Shown: piece by piece, positions 49,955 to 60,317 of the stretch | Layout: every line of letters begins with the position of its first letter | Numbering within the stretch: position 1 is the first letter of the stretch | Assembly (NCBI GenBank): GCA_963745025.1 | Contig: CAVUWD010000019.1 | Location: forward strand, 192,001-256,000 | Direction: 5' to 3' | From: an uncultured delta proteobacterium | Lineage (GTDB): Bacteria; Desulfobacterota; Binatia; JACPRU01 | Length of the DNA stretch: 64,000 nt | Program-made: the position numbers and the translations under genes | Notes under the pieces: generated by a model | Database searches by the model: none | What the model saw: only the letters and a program-made list of their open reading frames with translations | Told to the model about the DNA's origin: nothing

Positions 49955-50683
49955 TGAAGGGCGTCGTTCTCGCCGGCGGCCTCGGCACCCGGCTCGATCC
50001 GCTGACGCGGGTGACGAACAAGCACTTGCTGCCGGTCTACGACCGGCCGATGATCTTCTATCCGCTGTGGACGCTGATCAACGCGGGGATCGAGGAGATC
50101 CTCATCGTCACCGGCGGCAGCAACGCGGGAGATTTTCTCCGACTGCTCGGCAATGGCGCGGAGTTCGGCCTCAAGCACTTGAACTACACGTACCAGCAAG
50201 GAGAGGGCGGCATCGCCGCGGCACTGTCGCTCGCGGAGCATTTCGCCGAGGGCGAAAAGGTCTGCGTGATCCTCGGCGACAACATCATCGAGCGCAACAT
50301 CCAGCGCGCCGCCGCCGCCTTTCGCAGTCAAGCGCGCGGCGCGAAGATCCTGCTCAAGCGGGTGCCGGACCCGCAGCGCTTCGGGGTGGCGGTGCTACGC
50401 GGCAAGACGCGTCGAGCGAATCGTCGAGAAGCCGCGCCGGCCGCCGAGTCGCTACGCGGTGACGGGCATCTATTTCTTCGATGGCGCGGTGTTCGACTAC
50501 GTGCGCGATTTGAAGCCATCGAAGCGGGGCGAGCTCGAGATCACCGACGTGAACAATCGGTACATCGCAGCGGGCACGATGACGTACGAGATACTTCGCG
50601 GCTGGTGGACCGACGCGGGGACGTTCGAGTCACTGCACCGTGCCAGCCGCCTGGTTGCGCGCGGAGGGGCGAATAAGATGTAG
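49954..50683 (+). CDS. rfbA: Glucose-1-phosphate thymidylyltransferase, frameshift near 50410
   Basis: GVVLAGGLGTRL, KHLLPVYD, LGDN, PSKRGELEITD, WTDAGT. Confidence 0.9.
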
Positions 50684-50685
50684 GG

Positions 50686-50794
50686 GATGGGACGTTCCTG
50701 ACCTTCGTAACCTTCGTCGCGTCCTTGTCCTCAGTGCTCCATTTCATGAATACGGTGACGTATTCTGTGCCATTGCGACGCGGAACGTCCCATC
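50686..50794. repeat. 109-bp element with perfect 13-bp terminal inverted repeat
   Basis: GATGGGACGTTCC (50686-50698) ... GGAACGTCCCATC (50782-50794). Confidence 0.75.
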
Positions 50795-50842
50795 GGGGCG
50801 GTGGAACCGCCGCATGTTTTCTGACATCTTTGCCCCCGCCGC

Positions 50843-50986
50843 ATGATCCGCGACGTCCACGTCAGGAAGCTCGCCGTCCACAACGATGACCGAGGCACGT
50901 TGATGGAGGTGCTGCGCGCCGAGGCCCTCCTCTTCGAGAGCACCACCTGGGCCATTCCCGTCGACGAAGAACCGATCGAAGCATGA
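50843..50986 (+). pseudogene. Truncated dTDP-4-dehydrorhamnose 3,5-epimerase (RmlC-like) remnant
   Basis: MIRDVHVRKLAVHNDDRGTLMEVLR resembles the RmlC N-terminal D.RG.f.E motif; 47 aa only; lies between rfbA and rfbB. Confidence 0.65.
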
Positions 50987-51992
50987 AGCTCTGCGTGACG
51001 GGTGGAGCGGGCTTCATCGGCTCGAATTTCGTGCGCTACATGCTCGGTCGCCATGCCGACGTTCAGGTGACGACCCTCGATTGGCTGACGTATGCCGGAA
51101 ACCTCGCAAACCTCGAGTCGGTGCGCGACGATCCGCGCCATCGGTTCGTGCGCGCCGACGTCGCCGATCCCGCGGCCGTCGACGACGCGCTCGACGAGGG
51201 TGTCGACGCGATCGTTCATTTCGCCGCCGAGAGTCACGTCGATCGCTCGATCGGCGATGCCGCCCCGTTCCTTCGCACCAACGTGGCGGGGACCGGCGCG
51301 CTGCTCGAAGCCGCCCGTCGGCGTGGGGTGGCCCGCTTCCTGCACGTCTCCACCGACGAGGTTTACGGCAGCCTCGGGCCCGACGACCGCGCGACGGAGG
51401 ATGCCCCGCTGCGCCCGACGAGCCCGTATGCGGCCAGCAAGGCGGCGTCGGATCTGCTCGCGCTCTCCTACGCGCGGACCTATGGTCTCGACGTCGTCGT
51501 CACGCGTTGCTCGAACAACTTCGGTCCGTTCCAATTTCCCGAGAAGATGATTCCACTGTTCATCACCAACGCGATGGCGGACCAGGCGTTGCCGCTATAT
51601 GGTGACGGCGGAAACGTTCGCGATTGGATCTACGTCGAAGATCACTGCGCGGCGCTCGACCGCGCGCTCGTTCGCGGACGCAGCGGAGAAGTCTACAACA
51701 TCGGCGCGGGAAACGAGTGGACGAACCGCGCGCTCACCGACGAGATTCTTCGCCGCCTCGGCAAGTCGAGCGACCTGGTGCGCTCCGTGGCGGACCGTCC
51801 TGCGCACGACCGCCGCTACGCGCTCGATTCGACGAAATTCCAGCGCGAAACCGGCTGGGCTCCTGCGCACGCGTTTTCGGCGGCGCTCGACCGCACGATC
51901 GACTGGTACCGGCAGAACGAACACTGGTGGCGGACGATCAAGAACGGAGAGTACCAACGCTTCTATCAACTCTGGTATGGAGAGCGCCTGAA

Positions 51993-51996
<4 letters not shown>
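50983..51996 (+). CDS. rfbB: dTDP-glucose 4,6-dehydratase
   Basis: TGGAGFIGSNF, FAAESHVDRSI, STDEVYG, YAASK, QFPEK. Confidence 0.96.
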
Positions 51997-53404
<1,408 letters not shown>

Positions 53405-53423
53405 GCGGTGGGCCCGACGAAGA

Positions 53424-54395
53424 ATGAGATTCTTCATCACCGGCATCTCCGGGTTCGCGGGGTCGCATCTCGCGCGCTTCTTGCTCGACCGCGGGCACGT
53501 CGTCACGGGCGCGGCGCGCGAGCCGGGCTCGTTGGCCGCGCTCCATCGCCGCTACGGCGAGCGGTTCCCGCCGAGCGCCGTGGGTCTCTTTGACATCCGC
53601 GATGGCGCGGCGCTGCGCGCGGCGCTCTCGCGCGCCGAGCCCGACGGCGTCTATCACCTGGCCGCGTTGAGCTTCGTTCCGAGGACCTTCGAGCGCCCCG
53701 AGCTCGCCTACGAGGTCAACTTTCTCGGCTCGATCGAGCTCCTGGCGGCGGTCCGGGACGTCGCCCCCCGCGCGCGTGTGGTGCTCGTGACCTCCGGGGA
53801 AGTCTACGGTTGGATCGATTCCGCGCGGGACCTTCCGCTGGCGGAGAGCCAGCCGCTACGGCCGCTGTCGCCCTACAGCGTGGCGAAGGCGGCGGCGGAT
53901 CTCGCCGGGTTCCAATTCTTCTGGTCCGATTCGCTCGATGTCGTGCGCGCTCGACCGTTCAACCACACGGGACCCGGCCAGACGGCGGAATTCGTCTGCT
54001 CCGAGTTCGCCCGAGCGTTGGCGGCCGCCGAGTCCGGATGCGGCCCGAAGCGGCTGCAGGTCGGGAACTTGGAGGTCGAGCGCGACTTCAGCGACGTCCG
54101 CGACGTGGTGCGCGGCTACCTGTCGCTGTTCGAGAAGGGCAGGGCGGGCGAGGCGTACAATCTCGGCTCGGGCCGAACGACCCGCTTGCGGGCCGTGCTC
54201 GACGAGCTTCGGGCTCAATGCCGCGTTCCCGTCGAGGTGGACGTCGATCCGCAGAAGCTGCGCCCCCGTGAGGTGACTCGCGTGGTCGGCTCGATCGAGA
54301 AAATCGGCCTTGACACGGGTTGGCGGCCCGAAATTCCGCTGCGGCAGACCCTCGCCGATCTGCTGCAGTACTGGCGTCAGGAGCTGAACCGGTGA
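53424..54395 (+). CDS. rmd: GDP-4-keto-6-deoxy-D-mannose reductase (Rmd-like)
   Basis: ITGISGFAG, HLAALSFV, SGEVYG, PYSVAK, RPFNHTGPGQ, RDFSDVRD; adjacent to gmd. Confidence 0.78.
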   Translation: MRFFITGISGFAGSHLARFLLDRGHVVTGAAREPGSLAALHRRYGERFPPSAVGLFDIRDGAALRAALSRAEPDGVYHLAALSFVPRTFERPELAYEVNFLGSIELLAAVRDVAPRARVVLVTSGEVYGWIDSARDLPLAESQPLRPLSPYSVAKAAADLAGFQFFWSDSLDVVRARPFNHTGPGQTAEFVCSEFARALAAAESGCGPKRLQVGNLEVERDFSDVRDVVRGYLSLFEKGRAGEAYNLGSGRTTRLRAVLDELRAQCRVPVEVDVDPQKLRPREVTRVVGSIEKIGLDTGWRPEIPLRQTLADLLQYWRQELNR

Positions 54396-55087
54396 AACGC
54401 TGCTCGGGTCTCTCGCTGGTGATGCCTGCGTACAACGAGGAAGCGAACGTCGCGGCGGCCATCCGTGCATGCGCGGCGGCCGGCGAGACGTTCGCCGAGG
54501 ACTACGAAGTGATCGTCGTCGACGACGGCAGCCGGGACCGCACGGCCGATTGCGTGCGCGAAGAAGCGCAGGCGAATCCGCGTGTCCGGCTGATTTCGCT
54601 GCCGCAGAATCGCGGATTCGGCGGCGCGCTCAAGACGGGACTCAACGCGGCCGAGAAGCCGCTCGTCTTCTACACGGATTCCGACCTGCAGTTCGACCTC
54701 CAGGAGATCGCTGGGCTGCTCGAGAAGATCGACGAATGCCCGGTCGTGGTCGGCTACCGGGTGAACCGCCAGGACCATTTCGTTCGCAAGTTGAATGCGT
54801 GGGCGTGGGGCCGCCTGCAGTGGGTGCTCTTCGGCCTCGACGTCCGCGACATCGACTGCGGCTTCAAGCTCTTCCGCCGCGAGGTCCTGCAGGCGATGCC
54901 GATGCGCTCGGACGGCGCGTTCATCTCCACCGAGATCTTGCTGCGCGCCCGGGCGGCGGGACATCGCATCGGCGAAGTTCCCGTGCGGCACTATCCCCGC
55001 AAGGCCGGCGCCCCCACGGGCGCCAACCTGTCGGTGATCCGCAAGGCCTTCCGCGAGCTCTGGGACCTGCGGAAGGAGCTTCGCTAG
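54392..55087 (+). CDS. Glycosyltransferase family 2
   Basis: MPAYNE, VDDGSRD, DSD, DIDCGFKL. Confidence 0.92.
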   Translation: MKRCSGLSLVMPAYNEEANVAAAIRACAAAGETFAEDYEVIVVDDGSRDRTADCVREEAQANPRVRLISLPQNRGFGGALKTGLNAAEKPLVFYTDSDLQFDLQEIAGLLEKIDECPVVVGYRVNRQDHFVRKLNAWAWGRLQWVLFGLDVRDIDCGFKLFRREVLQAMPMRSDGAFISTEILLRARAAGHRIGEVPVRHYPRKAGAPTGANLSVIRKAFRELWDLRKELR

Positions 55088-55923
55088 TGGCGGTCTCCGT
55101 CTCGCAGCGCGTGGCCAGCCGCGCATCCGGTCCGTCGTTCGCCGCCCTCACCATGGTGGCGGACCTCGTGCGCCACCGCTCGCTCGTGCTGGCGCTTCTT
55201 GAGCGTGAGCTGAAGGCTCGCTACCGCGGGTCCATCCTCGGCTTCGTCTGGACCTTCCTGAATCCCTTGCTGTTGATGGCGGTCTACGCGCTGGTGTTTC
55301 GCTTCTACATGCGGATCGCGGTGCCGAACTACGCGCTCTTCTTGCTCGCCGGCTTGCTGCCGTGGACGTGGTTCTCGTCTTCGCTCGCCGACGGCACCAA
55401 CGCCATCGTCGGCGGCAGCTCGCTCGTCACCAAATCGTTGTTTCCCACCGAGATCCTGCCGGCCGTGGTCGTGCTCTCCAACATGGTGAACTTCGCCCTG
55501 AGCATCCCGCTCCTCGCCCTCGCCGGCTGGGCGTACGGCGTCCCGTTCAACCCGGTCGCCTGGCTGTGGCTCGTGCCGGTGATGGTACTCCAATGCGTGT
55601 TCACGCTCGGCCTCGTGCTGTCGCTCGCCGCGCTGAACGTGCACTATCGGGATGTGCAGCACGTGGTGGCAAATCTGCTCCTCTTGTGGTTTTTTTTGAC
55701 CCCGATCGTCTACCCCGCCTCGCAAGTTCCCGAGCGGCTGCATCTGCTCCTCTGGGCGAACCCCGTGGCGCTGTTCACCGCAATCTACCGCGACATCTTC
55801 GTCACGCCGGCATGGCCGAACCTCGAAGCCTTCGGCGCGCTGACGATCTACGCACTCGCCTCGATCCTCGTGGGAGCGAAAATCTTCGATGGCTACCGCG
55901 ACACCTTCCCCGAGCTCGTCTGA
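55087..55923 (+). CDS. wzm: Polysaccharide ABC transporter permease (alternative ATG at 55153)
   Basis: RELKARYRGS.LG..W..LNPL, YRDV, TPIVYP, NP. Confidence 0.93.
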   Translation: MAVSVSQRVASRASGPSFAALTMVADLVRHRSLVLALLERELKARYRGSILGFVWTFLNPLLLMAVYALVFRFYMRIAVPNYALFLLAGLLPWTWFSSSLADGTNAIVGGSSLVTKSLFPTEILPAVVVLSNMVNFALSIPLLALAGWAYGVPFNPVAWLWLVPVMVLQCVFTLGLVLSLAALNVHYRDVQHVVANLLLLWFFLTPIVYPASQVPERLHLLLWANPVALFTAIYRDIFVTPAWPNLEAFGALTIYALASILVGAKIFDGYRDTFPELV

Positions 55924-57151
55924 CGCCGCGCCGGCGCTGGCGCGGGCGCGCGGCGCGGCTCCGAGCGGCGTCGCCTCGGCGCCGCAGCCGCCGGCAATCC
56001 GCCTGGCGGGCGTGCGCAAGCGCTTTCGCAAATACACGGTGCGCGGCGGCTACACCACGCTCAAGACCTCGCTCGTGAAGCGCATGTTTCGCGCGAAGTT
56101 CCCGGTCGGCAACTACCTCGACGTGTTGAACGGGATCGATCTGGAGATCCCGGCCGGGCTCACGCTCGGCATCATCGGGCGCAACGGGTCCGGGAAAAGC
56201 ACGCTCCTGAAGATCATGGCGGGGATCATCCGGCCGGATCAGGGCGAGGTCGAGGTGCGGGGGCGGGTGTCCCCGCTGATCGAGCTCGGCGCCGGCTTCC
56301 ATCCGGAGTTTTCGGGACGGGAGAACGTGTATCTCAACGGGTTGGTCATCGGCATGAGCAAGGCCGAGACCGAGGAACGCTACGATTCGATCGTGGAGTT
56401 CGCGGGGCTCGCCGACGTCATCGACGATCCGGTACGCACGTACTCGTCGGGGATGTACATGCGTCTCGCCTTTTCGGTCGCCGTGCATGCCGACCCCGAG
56501 GTGTTGTTGATCGACGAGATCCTCGCGGTCGGCGACGAATCGTTCATCGGCAAGTGCTACGAGCGGATCGCGGCCTTTCAGGAAGCCGGCAAGACGATCG
56601 TCATGGTCTCGCACGGCCTCGAGTCGATCGAGCGGTGGTGTCACGAGGCCATCTGGATCGACGAGGGACGCATCGCCGCACGGGGCTATCCGGCCGAGGT
56701 GGTACGTCTCTACCACGCGGCCATCACGCCGGCACAGAAGGGCCCCCTGCGCGAGCGATCGCTGCGCGACAGCCTGACGCCGGGAAGGCTCGCCGCGACG
56801 ATCCGCGTGGTGGATCCTCCGGTACGCACGTCCGAGCCGTGGCACTACGTGATGCGAGCCCTTCTCGAGGTCGAGAACGTCGGCGACACCGTGTGGCGCG
56901 CTCTGCCGCCCACCCGACGCGGTACCGTCATGGTGGGCGGTCGACTCCACTCGGGCGAGCGTTTTCTCGGCGAGATCCTGCGGGCGCTGATCCCGCGTGA
57001 CGTCTATCCGCGGGAACGCGCCTCTGTGGAGCTCAAGTTCAAGCTGCCTGGGCCCGGACGCTACTTGGTGGACGTCGATCTCGTCGACGAAGGAATCTGC
57101 TGGTTCGTCGAGCACGGGTCGCAGACGCTTCGGCTTGAAATCACGATCTAA
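55889..57151 (+). CDS. wzt: Polysaccharide ABC transporter ATPase with C-terminal Ig-like domain
   Basis: GRNGSGKST, YSSGM, DEILAVGD, VSH; beta-sandwich tail of about 120 aa. Confidence 0.93.
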   Translation: MATATPSPSSSDAAPALARARGAAPSGVASAPQPPAIRLAGVRKRFRKYTVRGGYTTLKTSLVKRMFRAKFPVGNYLDVLNGIDLEIPAGLTLGIIGRNGSGKSTLLKIMAGIIRPDQGEVEVRGRVSPLIELGAGFHPEFSGRENVYLNGLVIGMSKAETEERYDSIVEFAGLADVIDDPVRTYSSGMYMRLAFSVAVHADPEVLLIDEILAVGDESFIGKCYERIAAFQEAGKTIVMVSHGLESIERWCHEAIWIDEGRIAARGYPAEVVRLYHAAITPAQKGPLRERSLRDSLTPGRLAATIRVVDPPVRTSEPWHYVMRALLEVENVGDTVWRALPPTRRGTVMVGGRLHSGERFLGEILRALIPRDVYPRERASVELKFKLPGPGRYLVDVDLVDEGICWFVEHGSQTLRLEITI

Positions 57152-57159
57152 GTGCCGAT

Positions 57160-57429
57160 GTACCCGTTCAGTCTTCGTAGCAACGCCGCGAACTCCGAGG
57201 AGCGCTGGAGTTTCCCGCCGGGCCGTACTCGGCCCGACAGGAAACTCCAGCCACCGCGCGGAGGCGTCCCCTCCTGCGTAGCGCGGAACGCAACAACCCT
57301 CGGCGCTGGTCTATTGCCTTCCGCGCTCCGCGCGGTTGCGGTCGGTCGTGATCGACCCGAGTACGGGCCGATCATGACCGACCGCGCTCTCCGCCTTGCC
57401 GAAGGGTCGTGCGAAAACTGAGGGGGTAC
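57160..57429. mobile_element. Structured multi-hairpin intergenic element, copy 1 (270 bp)
   Basis: Complementary ends, three internal hairpins, homology to 63059-63309, flanking GTGCCGAT / GTGCCGGT. Confidence 0.8.
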
Positions 57430-58458
57430 GTGCCGGTCCGTATCGAAGAGATCATCGAGCGTATCCGACGGGAGATCGCCGACGAGGCAAACGCCGCGCC
57501 GACCGATCGTTCCGCTCCCTCCGACGTCGACCGATTGCCGGCGATCGCCACGCGGCCGGAGCTCGACTACCTGAATCGGAACTGGCACCTCTTCGATCCG
57601 CTCTCGGAGATGCGCTCGCATCGGCGCTGGTTTGGCCCGCTCGTGGTGAGCTTGCGTTGGAAGCTCCGCCGGGTGGTGCTCGGGGTGCTCGATCGCTACT
57701 TCGAGAAGGAGCGGCTGTTTCTGATCGAGCTCGTGCGCTTCAACAATGCGCTCGCCGAGCGCAGCGACCGGCTGCTTCGCGAGGTGACGGAGCGCACGAA
57801 AGCGGTCGCGGAGCGAAACGACCTCTTTCTCGGCGCCCTCGACGTTCGCCTCGAGGCGCTCGAGGCGCGGGAGCAGTTGCGCCGGGTGCTCGTGGATTCG
57901 CCCCGGGGGCTCGCACCGCAGGCCGGCGACGCCGAGGAGTCCGTGCTCGCGGAGATGGCGATCGCGGTCGGCGCCGGTCTCGGGGAGCGCGTCCGGCCGT
58001 TCGGCGACTATCTCCGTTCCCCGGGGTCCGTTCTCTTGCTCGGTTGCGGCGACGGCGAGGTCTTCGAGGCGCTCGACGGAATCGCCGCGACGGGCGTGGA
58101 GGCGAGTGCGTCGCTGGTCGACGAGTGTCGCTCGCGGGGATTCGCGGCCGAGGTCGCGGCGCTGCGCTCCTACCTGGAGGCGGTGCCGGAGGGCTCGCTC
58201 GGGGGTCTGGTGATCACGCGGGTCGTCGATCGCCATCCACTCGCGGCGTGGCCGCGCCTCGTCGCAGCGGCATGGCGGTCGCTGCGGCCCGGGGGAATGG
58301 TCCTGTTCGAGGGGCTCGCGGACGAGGGCGCCGCCGCCCGGCTGCGCTGGCTCGCCGGGCGGCAGCGGTTCACGGTCGTCGATGCCCGCGAGTTCCCCGG
58401 TGATGGACGCGCGCCGCGGGAGCGCGTCCTCGTCTGTCGGCGTGTCGAGGCGACGTGA
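57430..58458 (+). CDS. Coiled-coil plus SAM-methyltransferase-like protein (putative chain terminator)
   Basis: Helical heptad-like N-half; VLLLGCGDGE, LRPGG; directly after wzm-wzt. Confidence 0.7.
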   Translation: MPVRIEEIIERIRREIADEANAAPTDRSAPSDVDRLPAIATRPELDYLNRNWHLFDPLSEMRSHRRWFGPLVVSLRWKLRRVVLGVLDRYFEKERLFLIELVRFNNALAERSDRLLREVTERTKAVAERNDLFLGALDVRLEALEAREQLRRVLVDSPRGLAPQAGDAEESVLAEMAIAVGAGLGERVRPFGDYLRSPGSVLLLGCGDGEVFEALDGIAATGVEASASLVDECRSRGFAAEVAALRSYLEAVPEGSLGGLVITRVVDRHPLAAWPRLVAAAWRSLRPGGMVLFEGLADEGAAARLRWLAGRQRFTVVDAREFPGDGRAPRERVLVCRRVEAT

Positions 58459-60101
58459 GCGCGCAAAGAAGACGGCTCGCCTTCGTCGGCCCGCTTCCGC
58501 CGGTGCGCAGCGGGATTGCCGATTATGCCCGCGACCTGCTGCCCCACCTCGTCGAGGATTTCGAGGTCGAGGTCTTCGTCGACGATCGGCATCCCCTCGT
58601 GGCGGAAGGCGCGTACGGCACACTTCGCCTGCATCCGGGCGCGGAGCTCGGGCGCCGCTTCGCCGACTTCGACTGCGTCGTTTACCAGATGGGCAACAAT
58701 CTCCATCATCGCTTTGTGCTCGAGCTCGCCCGCGAGTTGCCGGGGATCGTCGTTCTGCACGACCTCGTTCTTCATCATCTCTACGAGGAGATCGCCGGCC
58801 TCGAGGACGAGTGGGAGCCTTATGGCGAGGCGCTGCGCGAGGGCTACGGCCCGATCGGTGGCGCGGTCGTGCAATGGAAGCGCTGGCGTCTCGCCTCGGA
58901 GCGCGAGAACTTCGCGTTGCCGCTCTTCGAGCCGATCGGCGCGCGCAGCCGCGGAGTTCTCGTGCACAGCCGCTCGGCCGAAGCCGAGGTGCGCCGTCGC
59001 TTGCCGCAGACGCCGGTCGAGCGGATTCCGATGGGCATCCCGCGCGAGCCGGAGCTCGACCGCGAGGGCGCGCGCCGCCGCCTCGGCGTATCGCCCGAGC
59101 AGGTGTTGATCGGCGCCTTCGGGTTCCTGACGCCGATCAAGCGGCTCGACGTGCTCGCTACGGCGTTGCGCGCCGCCTGGCGGCATTGTCCGGAGCTCCG
59201 GTTGGTCCTCGTCGGTGAGGCCAGCTCCGGTCTTCGATTGGAAGAGATCGTCACGCCGAGCGAGCTCGCCGGCGGTCGCGTCGAGCACCGCGGATACGTG
59301 GCCGCGGACGAGTATCGTGACTGGATGGCGGCGACCGACGTCGCCGTGAACCTGCGGTTTCCGTCCGCCGGCGAGACCTCGGCGAGCCTGCTCCGCCTTC
59401 TCGGCGACGGAAAATGCACGCTGGTCTCGGCCTACCGGCAGTTTCTCGAGATCCCCGCGGAGGCGGCGGTGCGAATTCCGCTCGGTGCGGAGGAGGAGGG
59501 GACGCTCGTGCGCGAGCTCGTCGCGCTCGCTCGCGATCCCCAGCGCCGGATGCGCATCGGACGGGCGGCCCAGGTGTTCGTCGCCGCCGAGCATTCGATG
59601 GAAGCGGCGGCCGGTGGTTTTTGCGCTGCCGTGCAAAGGATCGCGGTGTCGCGACCGTCGCCTCGGCCGCGCCTGCCGATCTGGCGACCCCCAGCGACGA
59701 GCCGCGGCGCGGCGGTTCATGCGACGGTCCGAGCGTCCGAGCCGCCGGCTCTCCGTTCGCAACCGGGCTCGGCCGTCGAGCTCGAGCTGTCGATTCGGAA
59801 CGATGGAGCGTCTCGCTGGATCTCGACGCCGGAGCGGTTCGGGGGGCACGTCGCGATCGCCGCCGACCTGCTCGGGGCGGGGGGCGAGCTCGTCGCGCGG
59901 CTGCGGCCGACCGCTCTGGTGCGGGACTTGGGCCCGGGCGAGGACGAATCCGTGCGGCTTCGCTTCACCGCCCCGCCCGATCGCGGCGAATACCTCGTCC
60001 AGCCGACGATCGTTCACTTCGGCCGCGGCGGGTCTCGGCCGGCCGGGAATCCGATCCCCCTCCTGGTGGCTCCGGACGCCGCCGGATGCTCTCCGCGCTG
60101 A
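58455..60101 (+). CDS. Glycosyltransferase family 4 with C-terminal Ig-like domain
   Basis: PLPPVRSGIADY, YQMGNN, VVLHD, NLRFPSAGETS. Confidence 0.9.
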   Translation: MSAQRRRLAFVGPLPPVRSGIADYARDLLPHLVEDFEVEVFVDDRHPLVAEGAYGTLRLHPGAELGRRFADFDCVVYQMGNNLHHRFVLELARELPGIVVLHDLVLHHLYEEIAGLEDEWEPYGEALREGYGPIGGAVVQWKRWRLASERENFALPLFEPIGARSRGVLVHSRSAEAEVRRRLPQTPVERIPMGIPREPELDREGARRRLGVSPEQVLIGAFGFLTPIKRLDVLATALRAAWRHCPELRLVLVGEASSGLRLEEIVTPSELAGGRVEHRGYVAADEYRDWMAATDVAVNLRFPSAGETSASLLRLLGDGKCTLVSAYRQFLEIPAEAAVRIPLGAEEEGTLVRELVALARDPQRRMRIGRAAQVFVAAEHSMEAAAGGFCAAVQRIAVSRPSPRPRLPIWRPPATSRGAAVHATVRASEPPALRSQPGSAVELELSIRNDGASRWISTPERFGGHVAIAADLLGAGGELVARLRPTALVRDLGPGEDESVRLRFTAPPDRGEYLVQPTIVHFGRGGSRPAGNPIPLLVAPDAAGCSPR

Positions 60102-60310
60102 TTCTCGCCTCGCTCTTTGGCGTGCCCGGTCTGGCGCTGCTGGCGGGCGGCCGCGCGCGCGGAGAAGCACCGCGAGGGATGGAACACGATCGAGCTCGAC
60201 GCCGACGGCTCGACCGGCGGACCGCCCGGCGCCTCGGCGCGCTCCGCGCGGGGCAGGATACCGCATTCTTTCTCTGGCAGGTGAGCGTGACGGCGGCGCA
60301 CGCTCGATGA
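60086..60310 (+). pseudogene. Possible internally deleted membrane-protein remnant
   Basis: Hydrophobic start MLSALILASLFGVPGLALL then a short beta-like tail (GWNTIEL in an alternate frame). Confidence 0.3.
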
Positions 60311-60317
60311 TCCCCTG

